From positions 1-37,176 of the forward strand of contig CBDHEC010000027.1 in assembly GCA_965261975.1 (NCBI GenBank): a DNA stretch of 37,176 nucleotides. Direction: 5' to 3'. A program made the position numbers and the translations under genes. The notes below the pieces were generated by a model, which was not told the DNA's origin, ran no database searches, and saw only the letters and a list, made by a program, of their open reading frames with translations. Origin of the DNA: Alphaproteobacteria bacterium. Lineage in GTDB: Bacteria; Pseudomonadota; Alphaproteobacteria; UBA6615. Shown here in pieces: positions 1 through 9,700 of the stretch. Positions within the stretch are counted from its first letter, which is position 1. Each line of letters opens with the position of its first letter.

Positions 1-38
1 GACAGATCGAACGGCGGATCAGACGGGAGGGACGGGTT

Positions 39-1047
39 TTGCAGATCGAACACCCATATCTGATGTTTCTCGGCGACGCGGCCGACCAGCTGGCAGCGAA
101 GACCGCGGCAGGGCATCGTGCATTGGCGGGGCGACTGGTGCCTGGGCCAGCTGCGCCTCGAAAACTGCAACGCCGATCTCGGCCTGCCGGACATGACCAT
201 CGATGATGCCGCGGCGGCAGGGGTGCGAACCCTGGTGATCGGGGTGGCCAATCGCGGCGGTGTTGTCGGCGAGAGTTGGATCTCCACCATTTTGCGCGCC
301 ATCGAAGTCGGTATGGATGTCGCCTCGGGCCTGCACACACGAATAGCCGACATTCCCGAGGTTGCGGCGGCGGCGGATACGCACGGCGCGCAGCTGTTCG
401 ACGTGCGCCATCCCACGCAGAGTTTCGACGTCGGGACCGGTGCGCGGCGGCCCGGCAAGCGCATGCTTGCGGTCGGGACAGATTGTTCTGTGGGCAAGAT
501 GTACACCGCGCTGGCGGTTGATGCGGAGCTGCGTCAGCGTGGCGTGGATTGCGATTTCCGCGCGACGGGGCAGACCGGCATTTTCATCGCCGGGTCGGGT
601 GTTTCGGTCGATGCCGTGGTGTCGGATTTCATTTCCGGGGCGACCGAATGGCTCGCGCCGGCCAACGCGCCGGATCACTGGGATCTCGTCGAGGGGCAGG
701 GGTCGCTGTTTCACCCCTCCTATGCCGGGGTCACGATGGGGCTGGTGCACGGGGCCCAGCCCGACGCGCTGGTGCTGTGCCACGAGCCGACGCGCACCCA
801 TATGCGCGGCCTGCCACACCAGGCCTTGCCGGATGTAGGGGCCTGTATCGAGGGGCATCTGGCCGCGGCACGGTTGACCAACCCGGATGCCGAATGTGTC
901 GGGATCGCGGTGAACAGCTCCGGGATGAGCAGCGACGAGGCGCGGGTCGATTTGATGCAGCAATTGTCGGACCGCTACGAAGTTCCCGCACTCGACCCTG
1001 TCCGCGACGGCGTCGGGCCGATTGTGGACCGGATGATGCAGCTGTAA
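39..1047 (+). pseudogene. dgcN: D-glutamate N-acetyltransferase DgcN (DUF1611 family), interrupted by a +1 frameshift near nt 107-113 (possibly a sequencing error)
   Basis: TTG at 39 after GGGAGG (25-30) reads MQIEHPYLMFLGDAADQLAAKTA. One extra G shifts to the frame of ORF 118..1047 (QGIVHWR..., VGTDCSVGKMYT P-loop, FRATGQTGI, VEGQGSLFHPSY), all DUF1611 motifs. Directly upstream of dgcA. Confidence 0.85.
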
Positions 1048-1051
1048 GGCG

Positions 1052-2033
1052 ATGCGCACGCTGACCGCAAAGATCGAGACGTTTGCCCTGCGGCGACATT
1101 TCACGATCTCGCGTGGGACCAAGACCGAAACGATCGTGGTGGTTGCAACTATTTCGGACGGCACGACGACCGGGCGCGGCGAATGCGGCCCGAATGCTCG
1201 CTATGACGAGACCCCGGAAAATGTTGTGGCCGATATTCTGGCCATGGCGCCGGCGCTGGAAGACGGGATGACCCGCGCTGGTCTTCAGGATGCAATGCCG
1301 CCGGGTGCGGCACGTAACGCAATCGATTGTGCGCTTTGGGATTACGAGGCCCGCATCTCGGGCACACCGGCATGGCAACAGGCCGGATTGCTGAAACTGG
1401 ATCCGGTCGTTACGGCGTTCACATTGAGTGCCGACGGAGCGGCCGAAATGTCGCGCGAGGCCGCTGCGCATGCAGGCCGCCCCCTTGCTCAAGCTGAAGT
1501 TGACAGGGGAAGACGATCTCGCGCGTGTCCGCGCTGTGCGAGCCGCAGCGCCGGAGGTGTCCCTGATCGTGGATGCCAACGAGGCCTGGGATGTCGAGAC
1601 CTATCGGGTGTCGGTGCCGGCGCTGGAGGCGCTTGGCGTGGAGATGATCGAGCAACCCTTTCCGGCGGGCGACGATGGCGCGCTTTCAACATTGTCACGG
1701 CCCATTCCCGTTTGCGCGGACGAGGCGTTCCACGACCGAGCGAGCCTCGCGCGACTGAAGGGTAAGTATGACCTGGTCAACATCAAGCTGGACAAAACGG
1801 GCGGATTGACCGAGGCGTTGGCTGCGGTCACAGCCGCCCGTGCGGACGGATTCGGCGTGATGGTCGGCTGTATGGTCGGAACCAGTCTTGCCATGGCGCC
1901 GGCCATGCTGGTGGCCCAGGGCGCCAATTTCGTGGATCTGGACGGCCCGCTGTTGTTGGCCCGGGACCGCACGCCGGGTCTGTCGGTCGATGGCAGCAAT
2001 CTGACGTTGCCGGTGTCCGGATTGTGGGGCTGA
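1052..2033 (+). pseudogene. dgcA: N-acetyl-D-Glu racemase / L-Ala-D/L-Glu epimerase (enolase superfamily), +1 frameshift in the C-run at 1480-1484
   Basis: N-half (FTISRG, GRGEC, GAARNAIDCALWD, VVTAFTLS) is in ORF 1052; C-half (LLKLKL, IVDANEAW, IEQP, CADE, NIKLDKTGGL, MVGCM, DLDGPLLL) is in ORF 1428..2033. Removing one C from cgcccccttg restores ...HAGRPLLKLKL. Confidence 0.85.
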
Positions 2034-2107
2034 CTTGCTCAAGTTGTTGTTCTTCAATAGCTTAGTTCCGCTCGGCGCACCCGCCCGCACCGCCTGACAG
2101 GTCACGC

Positions 2108-5100
2108 ATGTCAGTATCGCAGAACAAGGATTCTCAGACCGTTAGTCCGGATACGGAATACTCGTATGCCGCGCGTTTGACGCGGTCGCAGATGATCGCG
2201 CTGACCCGCCAGGCACGCCTGAGCAATTTCGTGCCGCCGGTTAACAGCATCATTCTCGGGTTCTTGCTGTGGGGTAACGTCCCCACGATCACGCTGGTTG
2301 TTTGGGTCGGTTTCGTGTGGGCCTCGTCTTTGATTCGGTGGCAGCTGTACCAGCGTTACGATAAGGACGTGGCGCGTGGCGGCGGCTATGAACCCGGCTG
2401 GCGTACGATATGGACCGGCACTCATTTTGTGGCCGGGGTGGTCTGGGGGGTCGGTTCGGTCGTCCTGTTCACCCAGGACAATTTCCTGATCCAGGCCTAT
2501 CTGGTGATCTTCGTGCTCGGGATGGGGGCCGGGGCCGCGGCGAGTTTTGCGCCGTTCTTCCCGGCGCTGGTGGCCTATCTGATCCCGCTGACCGTTCCCA
2601 TTGCCGGAATACTCGTCGTCCAGGAAAGCACCGAGAGCACGGTGCTGGGGGTTTCAGGGTTCGTGTTTTTGATCGCGCTCGTCTTCCTGGGCCGTGCGGC
2701 GAACCGGAGTTTCTCGGAGAGTTTCCGGCTGGGAGTCGAGAACGAGACGCTGACGCGCGGGCTCAAGCTGACCCAGGTCCGGCTGGAAGGCGCTCTCGAC
2801 AGTATGTCGGACGCCTTCGGTCTGTTCGATGCCGACGACCAACTCATCGAGTCCAACGACAAGTTTCGCCAACTTCTGTCCGGCGATGGCCCGGATACGG
2901 CGCGGCCGATGTCCTACACACAGTTTGTTCGTGCGCTTGCGGCTGACGGCCGTGTTTTGGACGTGGACGCGAATGTCGGCGAGTGGGTCGACGACCTCCA
3001 GCGACTCCGTCGCACCGGCGATATGCCAATCGAAATTGCGATGGCCGACGGAACCTGGCTGCAACTCAATGATGCGCCGACCGAGGATGGCGGTACCGTG
3101 ACGACGCTGTCCGATATTACGGATATGAAGCGCCACCAGGTTGAATTGTCCAACAGTGAGCAGCGGTTCCGGGATTTCACCAGCGCGGCATCGGACTGGG
3201 TCTGGGAGCTCGATGCCGAGGGCCGGTTTAATCATGTTAGCGGCAGATTTTCCGAGGTATCGGGTCGCTCGGGAGACTTTTTGATGGGCAAGCGAATTCA
3301 CGACTTGCCGTCGACCGGGTCGAATGACGAATGGAACCGACTGATCGCCGCCATGGATGCGCGCCAGCCTTTTCGCAATGTCCGCATGCAACGCCCACGC
3401 GAGAGCGGGGAATCCTATTATTTTCTGGTCAACGGTCGCCCGATTTTCGAGGCATCGGGAAAGTTCCTGGGATACCGCGGAACCGGAACGGACATTACCG
3501 CGATGGTGTTGGCGGAAGAACGCGCGCGGGAGGCGCAATCGCGCCTGTTCGATGCGATCGAATCGATCCCGGCGGGGCTTGTGCTGTTCGATGAGTTCGG
3601 GCGTCTGATCCTCTGGAATTCACGGGCACCGGAATACTTCCCCGGCGCAAGCTCACGTATCGTCGCCGGCAGCACGTTCGAGCATTTGATGCGCGGGTCG
3701 GCAGAGAAAGGCGCAGTCGCCGACATCGCCGACAAGACCGAGCCTTGGGTCGCTGCCCAGGCCGAATGGTTCGAAAACCCCAATGAGCGGCGGGAAATCA
3801 GGTTCTCCGATGGGCGCCATGTTCAATTGCTCGGCCGCAGCACGACCGACGGCGGCACCGTTTGCGTGATGACAGACATCACGGATATCCGGCTGGGGCA
3901 GGAAGAACTGGCGGAGAAAACCACGTTGCTGCAGGCCACGCTTGAGGGCATGGGCGAGGGATTGATCGTGCTCGATAGGCAGTTTCGAGCGGTGCTCACG
4001 AACACCCGTCTTGATCGTCTGGCGGTGTTTGGTAGTGACCAGGATTCAATCGGGCGGCCATTTCGCGAGATCCTCGAATCGATCGGCGCGGAGATCGAGC
4101 ACATCACGGACGCACCAGGCAATCCGGATTCCGACAAGTCGCTCGATGAACGTCTCGCGGAAGAGCTGCCGTTCCAGTTCGAAATCACACGAACCGGGCG
4201 CCAGATCATGTTGGTGCGCGCCGACCCGTTGTCGGAAGGCGGGTGGGTCTGCGTGTTCACTGACATCACCGCAGAACGGCGCGCAGTTGCCGCGCTGGAA
4301 GAAAGCGAGGATCGCTATCGTCGGCTGATCGAGGCTTCTCCGGATATGATCGCGGTTCAGTTGAAGGGGCGGTTCGCCTTCGTCAACGCTGCGGGTGCCC
4401 ATTTGCTGGGGGCCGCAGACCCGGGTGAGTTGGTCGGTCGCCGGGCGTTGGACTTTGTGCATCCTGACAACCATGACGCTGTCCGCAACTCGAAACCCAT
4501 GTCGGGTTTCGACGGCGACATGGAAATCCACGAATTCCGTGGACGGCGCATTGACGGGTCGACCTTTGAGGGCGAAGCAACAGGTATCGAGTTTGCCTAC
4601 CAGGGTGAGCCGGCGGTGCTCGTCATTATCCGCGACATCAGCGACCGAAAGCTGGCCCAGGCGCAGCTGATCCAGACGTCGAAACTGGCGTTGCTCGGCG
4701 AGATGGCGGCGAGCATGGCTCATGAACTCAATCAACCCCTCAACATCATCCGTATGGCCGCAGATGCAAGTCTCATCCTGATGGAAGAGAATAAGGCCGA
4801 CATGGAGAGCCATCGCGAGGAGTTCGATCGCATTTCGAACCAAAGCGAACGCATGGCCGACATCATCAACCACATGCGTGTCTTCAGCCGACAGGAAGAT
4901 GACGCCGAGGACAGCTTTAACCCGATCGCATGCGTGGATGCCGCCGCGTCGATGGTTCGCGAACAGTATCGCCTCGACGGTGTCGAGGTCCGCACGGTTT
5001 TGCCAAAGGTGGCGCCGCAGGTGTCCGGTCAGCCAATTCGTCTGGAACAGGTGGTGTTGAACCTGTTGGCGAACGCGCGCGATGCGGTGTTCAGCAAGGC

Positions 5101-5473
5101 CGATATGGTCGTTGACGGCGCCGGCGATCGCACCCGGATCGAGGGGGGCGTGATAGAGGTCTCTGCCTATGTCGCCAACGAGGCCCCTGATAGTGCGAGG
5201 CACGCACATCGCGAAGAGGTGGTTATCAGCGTTACCGACAATGGCGGGGGCATTTCAGAGGAGAATCTGGGACAGGTTTTCGAACCCTTTTTCACGACGA
5301 AGCGTGCCGGGCAAGGCACCGGTCTCGGGCTGGCAATCGGCTTCAGCATAATCAGCGGCATGGGCGGTACGATTTCCGCTGCGAACGGCGCGGAAGGGGC
5401 GGTGTTCGAAATAAGGTTGCCGGTCGCTCAGGCAGATCCGGGCGTTGTGACAGACACGGCTGTGGACGGTTAG
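2108..5473 (+). CDS. Membrane-bound multi-PAS sensor histidine kinase
   Basis: About 6 hydrophobic N-terminal segments; repeated PAS/PAS-like units ending in DIT/DIS; H-box AHELNQPL; N-box NLLANARDA; DNGGGI, FEPFFTTK and GTGLGL ATP-binding boxes. Confidence 0.92.
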   Translation: MSVSQNKDSQTVSPDTEYSYAARLTRSQMIALTRQARLSNFVPPVNSIILGFLLWGNVPTITLVVWVGFVWASSLIRWQLYQRYDKDVARGGGYEPGWRTIWTGTHFVAGVVWGVGSVVLFTQDNFLIQAYLVIFVLGMGAGAAASFAPFFPALVAYLIPLTVPIAGILVVQESTESTVLGVSGFVFLIALVFLGRAANRSFSESFRLGVENETLTRGLKLTQVRLEGALDSMSDAFGLFDADDQLIESNDKFRQLLSGDGPDTARPMSYTQFVRALAADGRVLDVDANVGEWVDDLQRLRRTGDMPIEIAMADGTWLQLNDAPTEDGGTVTTLSDITDMKRHQVELSNSEQRFRDFTSAASDWVWELDAEGRFNHVSGRFSEVSGRSGDFLMGKRIHDLPSTGSNDEWNRLIAAMDARQPFRNVRMQRPRESGESYYFLVNGRPIFEASGKFLGYRGTGTDITAMVLAEERAREAQSRLFDAIESIPAGLVLFDEFGRLILWNSRAPEYFPGASSRIVAGSTFEHLMRGSAEKGAVADIADKTEPWVAAQAEWFENPNERREIRFSDGRHVQLLGRSTTDGGTVCVMTDITDIRLGQEELAEKTTLLQATLEGMGEGLIVLDRQFRAVLTNTRLDRLAVFGSDQDSIGRPFREILESIGAEIEHITDAPGNPDSDKSLDERLAEELPFQFEITRTGRQIMLVRADPLSEGGWVCVFTDITAERRAVAALEESEDRYRRLIEASPDMIAVQLKGRFAFVNAAGAHLLGAADPGELVGRRALDFVHPDNHDAVRNSKPMSGFDGDMEIHEFRGRRIDGSTFEGEATGIEFAYQGEPAVLVIIRDISDRKLAQAQLIQTSKLALLGEMAASMAHELNQPLNIIRMAADASLILMEENKADMESHREEFDRISNQSERMADIINHMRVFSRQEDDAEDSFNPIACVDAAASMVREQYRLDGVEVRTVLPKVAPQVSGQPIRLEQVVLNLLANARDAVFSKADMVVDGAGDRTRIEGGVIEVSAYVANEAPDSARHAHREEVVISVTDNGGGISEENLGQVFEPFFTTKRAGQGTGLGLAIGFSIISGMGGTISAANGAEGAVFEIRLPVAQADPGVVTDTAVDG

Positions 5474-5487
5474 ACGAAGCGAGCAAG

Positions 5488-5850
5488 GTGATGGCGAGCA
5501 TTCTGATCGTTGACGACGAAACCGAGGCGACGGCCACATTGTCGAAATTCCTCCAGACACGCGGCTATGCAACGGATACAGCAGCAGACGGCGCGGAGGC
5601 GTTGAAAAGGGTCCGAGCGACGCAGTATGAAATTGTGATGACGGATCTGCGGATGCCCGGGATGGACGGCGCTGACTTCCTGTCGCGGGTAAGGTTGGAG
5701 CAACCACAACTTCCGATTGTTGTGATGACGGGACACACCAACCTCGATGATCAGGACGAGCTCTGGGCACGGGCGGGCGTGGAGACAATTCTCCATAAGC
5801 CTCTGAATCTGAGGGAAGTTTCGGAAATCCTTCAACATTTGCTTGCTTGA
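5488..5850 (+). CDS. Single-domain response regulator (receiver only)
   Basis: ILIVDDE, TDLRMPGMDG (phospho-Asp), VMTG and HKP motifs; about 120 aa with no output domain. Start may be ATG 5491. Confidence 0.9.
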   Translation: MMASILIVDDETEATATLSKFLQTRGYATDTAADGAEALKRVRATQYEIVMTDLRMPGMDGADFLSRVRLEQPQLPIVVMTGHTNLDDQDELWARAGVETILHKPLNLREVSEILQHLLA

Positions 5851-5968
5851 AGTTTCGCGATACTGAATTTTTCTCTCAAATATGGTACATATGCGCGCGC
5901 CTTACCGGACGCATGTGCTAGTTTCGGGCGGTACAACCGCGTGTATTCGTAAGAATGGATACGAGTAA

Positions 5969-6385
5969 ATGGTAGGTATTGCAGCCACGACCCCATCGAA
6001 TGACGCTCGCCAGCCACCGCTGGTGATGATCGTTGACGATGACCGCGAGCAAGCGGAGCAAATCGCGTCATTCCTGTCGCGGTTCGGAATATCTGTCGTC
6101 CAGGAAGATAACGGGTTCGCGGCGGTCAACACGATGCGCCGTGAAAAGCCGGCGGTTGTGATTATGGATGTGCGGATGCCCGGCCTCGACGGCATCAAGG
6201 CTGCCCAGCTGGCCGCCAATCTCGACTACGAGCCGAAGATCATCTTGATGTCGGGCTATGCCGATCAGGTGAAGCGTGCGACCGAAGAAGGTCTCGACGT
6301 CTTTGCAGTGGTCGACAAACCCCTGCCGCTTCGGGTCCTGGTGCGGTTTGTGCAAAACGCCCTGAACGATCAGGAAACGACCTAG
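5969..6385 (+). CDS. Single-domain response regulator (receiver only)
   Basis: MIVDDD, MDVRMPGLDG, LMSG and DKP motifs; no output domain; start codon uncertain. Confidence 0.88.
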   Translation: MVGIAATTPSNDARQPPLVMIVDDDREQAEQIASFLSRFGISVVQEDNGFAAVNTMRREKPAVVIMDVRMPGLDGIKAAQLAANLDYEPKIILMSGYADQVKRATEEGLDVFAVVDKPLPLRVLVRFVQNALNDQETT

Positions 6386-6393
6386 CTCGCAGG

Positions 6394-7068
6394 TTAGCGA
6401 CGCGCGGCTTGCCCGGTTTTTAGCGTCCAGGTCACGAGTTCTTTCAAAGCTTTGCCCAGCGCATCGTCGAACGCCGCGACGATGTCATCCAGCGTGTCCG
6501 CCTTGGCCGTGATCCGGCGGGTGAATCGCCGGGATCCAATGATCGTTCGCTGGGGCATCTGAACCAGCTTGGCGTTGAGCCGCACATGGGCGTCCGGCGG
6601 TCCGTCGCCTGAATACTCCGTCTGAAATTCACGCAGATCGAGCTTCAGGATGAAATCCGAGCGCAGGCCCAGCGATTCACGACCGACGGCAACGATGCGG
6701 TTCGAATTTTCGAACGATTCCACCGTGAGGGTATGGACCATCGCTGGTGCACGGTCTGTCCAGTTCGCGCGCGCATAATATTCGAGCTCGACCGCGCGGC
6801 GCTGCAGCGGGATGCGCGTGGTGCTCAGGCCCGTCGGTGAAATGGGCTCCTCGATCACCAGCTGCCAATCGACGGTGGGAATATCGTCGTCGAACGTGCT
6901 TTTTGGCGAAAGCCGAAAGAGGCGCGGCGGCGGGCCCTGGCCGGGCAGGAGATCCCCGACCCCGCATGCCGAAAGCGCGGACGTCAGCGAGAGGGCGCCG
7001 ACGCCTCGCAGGAATAAACGGCGCGGCGCGTGGTGCTGCATGTGGCGAATGTTATCTGGATGTTTCAT
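6394..7068 (-). CDS. ABC-type transport auxiliary lipoprotein (PqiC-like)
   Basis: RRLFL followed by a hydrophobic stretch and LSAC lipobox; YYARANWTDRAPAMV and LDLREFQ are typical of the family; last gene of the MlaE/F/D operon. Start at 7068 (or 7041). Confidence 0.85.
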   Translation of the reverse strand: MKHPDNIRHMQHHAPRRLFLRGVGALSLTSALSACGVGDLLPGQGPPPRLFRLSPKSTFDDDIPTVDWQLVIEEPISPTGLSTTRIPLQRRAVELEYYARANWTDRAPAMVHTLTVESFENSNRIVAVGRESLGLRSDFILKLDLREFQTEYSGDGPPDAHVRLNAKLVQMPQRTIIGSRRFTRRITAKADTLDDIVAAFDDALGKALKELVTWTLKTGQAARR

Positions 7069-7480
7069 AGCCCTGCTGCTGGTTGCCGAAGAGGAATCGG
7101 GCAGGATCACGTTCGACTTGCGTGGTCACGCGATCGAGGCCGTCGATCAAGGCCCGCGCTTCGGTCAGGAAGCTGGTCAGTTCATAGAGTCCATCGCCCG
7201 TGAAATCGCGAAGCGAAGGGCGGTTCTCCTCGATCAGCGCGTTCATTTCGCTGGTCATGGTGGTGATCGAAGTCGATGTGCGTCGGAGTTCGACGATCAG
7301 CGCGGCGAGGTCAGGCTGGCTGGCATCGACGGTCTTGGTCACGCTGTCGGCCGCGCCGCCGACCGATTCGAGCGTGGCATCCGCACGCTCCGAAAGGGCG
7401 ACCATCGTCTGGCTGGCCTGGCGCAGGTTGGTCATCGTACCCCCCGCCTCGGACAGCAGGAGCTCGATATCGCCGGTCCT
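7052..7480 (-). pseudogene. C-terminal remnant of MlaD/MCE (PqiB-like) protein; N-terminal membrane anchor and MCE domain missing
   Basis: Helical region ending ...LRDFTGDGLYELT...VERDPARFLFGNQQQGYE, the usual C-terminus of alphaproteobacterial MlaD-family proteins. No TM helix or MCE domain upstream; it abuts the truncated ATPase. Confidence 0.8.
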
Positions 7481-7721
7481 CGTCTGTGGCGTTCGTGACT
7501 TCCTGGCCAAAAATCTCGATCTGTCCCGCGGCCGGCGCGTTCAGGCCGATAATGGTGCGCAGGAGCACCGATTTACCGGTGCCCGAACCGCCCACGATTC
7601 CCATGACTTCGCCGCGCGCCACATCGAGTTCGAGCCCGTCATGGATGACGTTGGCGCCGAACTGGGTGCGCAAGCCGCGGATACGGATTACGTCGCGGGC
7701 GGGTTCGGGCGCGGCAGACAT
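7470..7721 (-). pseudogene. N-terminal remnant of MlaF-like ABC ATPase
   Basis: VIRIRGLRTQFG...IHDGLELDV...GGSGTGKS (Walker A) runs to ...NATDEDRR and then loses similarity; no Q-loop, LSGG signature, Walker B or H-loop. Confidence 0.82.
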
Positions 7722-7724
7722 GCG

Positions 7725-8882
7725 CTACATCCCCAATATCGCGAAGAGAATCGAGAACATGGCATCGAGCACGATCACCAGGAAGATGGCCTCGACGACG
7801 GCGCGGGTGGTCATGCGCCCGACCGATTCCGCACTGCCGGACACACGCATGCCCTCGTAACAGCCAACGAGGCCGATGATGAACCCAAACACGGGCGCCT
7901 TGATCAGCCCGACCCAGAAGGTCCACAAGGTGACCGCGCTGCTGAGTTGCCGGACGAACTGAAAGAATGTCAGGTCGAGGGTGACGGTCGCCATGATCGC
8001 ACCACCCAGCAGGCCCATGATATTCGCGTAGAAGGTCAACAATGGCAGGCAGATGACAAGTGCCCAAAGGCGGGGCAGCACCAGGACCTGCATCGGGTCG
8101 AGGCCGATCGTGCGCATGGCATCGACTTCCTCGCGGACCTTCATGGTCCCGATCTGTGCCGTGAAAGCGCTGCCGGACCGGCCGGCCAGGATGATCGCCG
8201 TCAAGAGGACGCCCATTTCCCGCAACACGCCTTGCGCGACGATGTTCACGGTGAAGATCTCGGCGCCGAATTTGCTGAGTTGCTCGGCGCCCTGGAAGGC
8301 CAGCACGATACCGATCAGAAATGATATCAGGCCGACGATCGGCAACGCGTTGAGACCCGCCTGTTCGATGTGGTGGACGAGGGAGGTAAATCGGACGCGG
8401 CCAGGCCGAACAATGGAATCGCCGAGGACGATCACGGAATGGCCAAGAAAATTGATCAGGTCACGCGCTTCCACGGCAGCGTCCACCGTCGCCCGTCCGA
8501 CCCGCTCAACCATCGCGATGAAGGCGTTGGTCGGCACGGGCGGCTCGGGACAATGGGCGTCGTTGGCCCTGACCGTCTCGAGCAGGCGCGCATAGGCCGG
8601 ACGCGCCGCTCGGCAATCGACCGTAACCCCGCGGTCTATAAGCGCGATCTCGGTGCGATGTATCAACCAGGCACCCGCAGTGTCGAGGCCGGATAACTCT
8701 GCGGTCTCGATTATGGCATTGCCCTGCGTGGGCAGTTCGAGGGCGCGAAGGGCCTGGTCCACGGGCCCGATCTGTTGTGTGACCCACGCGCCGTCGAGCC
8801 GAAGCACCCATCCGCCCGCGTCGGCATCCGACGCGACTGTGAAGCTGGCATCTGCAAATGTGTCGGCGACGAGCGCTGTCAT
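7725..8882 (-). CDS. mlaE: MlaE-family lipid ABC permease with N-terminal STAS-like domain
   Basis: LDTAGAWL STAS motif; REMGVLLTAIILAGRSGSAFTAQIGTMKVREEVDAM and SVGRMTTRAVV MlaE motifs; ATG 8882 with upstream GAGG. Confidence 0.9.
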   Translation of the reverse strand: MTALVADTFADASFTVASDADAGGWVLRLDGAWVTQQIGPVDQALRALELPTQGNAIIETAELSGLDTAGAWLIHRTEIALIDRGVTVDCRAARPAYARLLETVRANDAHCPEPPVPTNAFIAMVERVGRATVDAAVEARDLINFLGHSVIVLGDSIVRPGRVRFTSLVHHIEQAGLNALPIVGLISFLIGIVLAFQGAEQLSKFGAEIFTVNIVAQGVLREMGVLLTAIILAGRSGSAFTAQIGTMKVREEVDAMRTIGLDPMQVLVLPRLWALVICLPLLTFYANIMGLLGGAIMATVTLDLTFFQFVRQLSSAVTLWTFWVGLIKAPVFGFIIGLVGCYEGMRVSGSAESVGRMTTRAVVEAIFLVIVLDAMFSILFAILGM

Positions 8883-8992
8883 CGTGCTGTGTTGTTCCTC
8901 GATGGGCTCATGGCGCAAAGGGCAACGCACCATGCCACGAGGCTGATGCGCCGTCCAAGGTCGTCATGCGGAGGGTACAGAGCGAAGATTCG

Positions 8993-9670
8993 TTACCGCG
9001 CAGCAGCCAGCTGCGCCTCGCGCTCCGCGCGCCAGCGTGCGCGTTGTGCCAGATGCGCGGCAATCACCGACTGACGATGTGCTTCGGCCGAGTTATGCCG
9101 GGCAACGTTCCAGGCGCGGACGACCTTCTCGTGATAGGGGCGGTTGAACTTCGCATTCTTCGAATGATAGCGCCGGATCGCCTCGCCCCACGATTTATGG
9201 GCGTTGAAGAGATTGCTCAGGAACTGGGCGGCGTAGGCGGTGTTCGCGTGGGGGTCGAAGGCCCGATCCAGGTCGGAGAATGCGTCCGGATGATGGTGCA
9301 GGTTGATCTGCATGCAGCCGACATCGATGTTCCGAACACCGCGCGCCTGCAGTTCCCGGACGTGGGCGATGGCTTTGGCTTTGGTCGGGAAAAATCGTCC
9401 GTCCGGACCGTTCGTGACCGTCCATGGCCAGGCAAAAACTGCCTCCCGTTCGCCATCCCAGCGGCCGGACTCGGTCTGCGCGATCGCCGTCAGCAGATCA
9501 TCCGGGATATTGCGATCACGCTCAGCGTCACCGATCGCGGAAGCGCAAATATTGTGCGTTTCCATGGCGTTGGCAGGGCGTGCATCGATCGTGGCCGCGA
9601 GCGCGAAAAGGCCGACCGCGGCAGCGAATGCCAGAATATACTGGCGCAGGGTATGAAAATTCATCGGCAT
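8993..9670 (-). CDS. Secreted lytic transglycosylase (SLT domain, SltF-like)
   Basis: Signal peptide (...LAFAAAVGLFALAA...ANA), catalytic TESG, AWPWTV, IDVGCMQIN, AIRRYHS. Start 9670 or 9664. Confidence 0.88.
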   Translation of the reverse strand: MPMNFHTLRQYILAFAAAVGLFALAATIDARPANAMETHNICASAIGDAERDRNIPDDLLTAIAQTESGRWDGEREAVFAWPWTVTNGPDGRFFPTKAKAIAHVRELQARGVRNIDVGCMQINLHHHPDAFSDLDRAFDPHANTAYAAQFLSNLFNAHKSWGEAIRRYHSKNAKFNRPYHEKVVRAWNVARHNSAEAHRQSVIAAHLAQRARWRAEREAQLAAAR

Positions 9671-9684
9671 GGCACCCGATACAT

Positions 9685-9700
9685 CGCAAACGCCGTGCCA
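9685..9700 (-). promoter_or_regulatory. sigma-54 (-24/-12) promoter for the lytic transglycosylase
   Basis: Minus strand reads TGGCAC-GGCGT-TTGCG, matching TGGCAC-N5-TTGC with exact GG-N10-GC spacing, just upstream of the ATG. Confidence 0.75.

Noticed and set aside
100-1490. Programmed ribosomal frameshifting in dgcN/dgcA
   Set aside because: No recognisable slippery site or stimulatory structure; homologs are known as continuous ORFs; single-base insertions in short G/C runs are more simply errors or mutations.
8922-8937. sigma-54-like motif upstream of mlaE (minus strand TGGCAT-GGTGCG-TTGC)
   Set aside because: GG-to-GC spacing is 11 nt rather than the strict 10.
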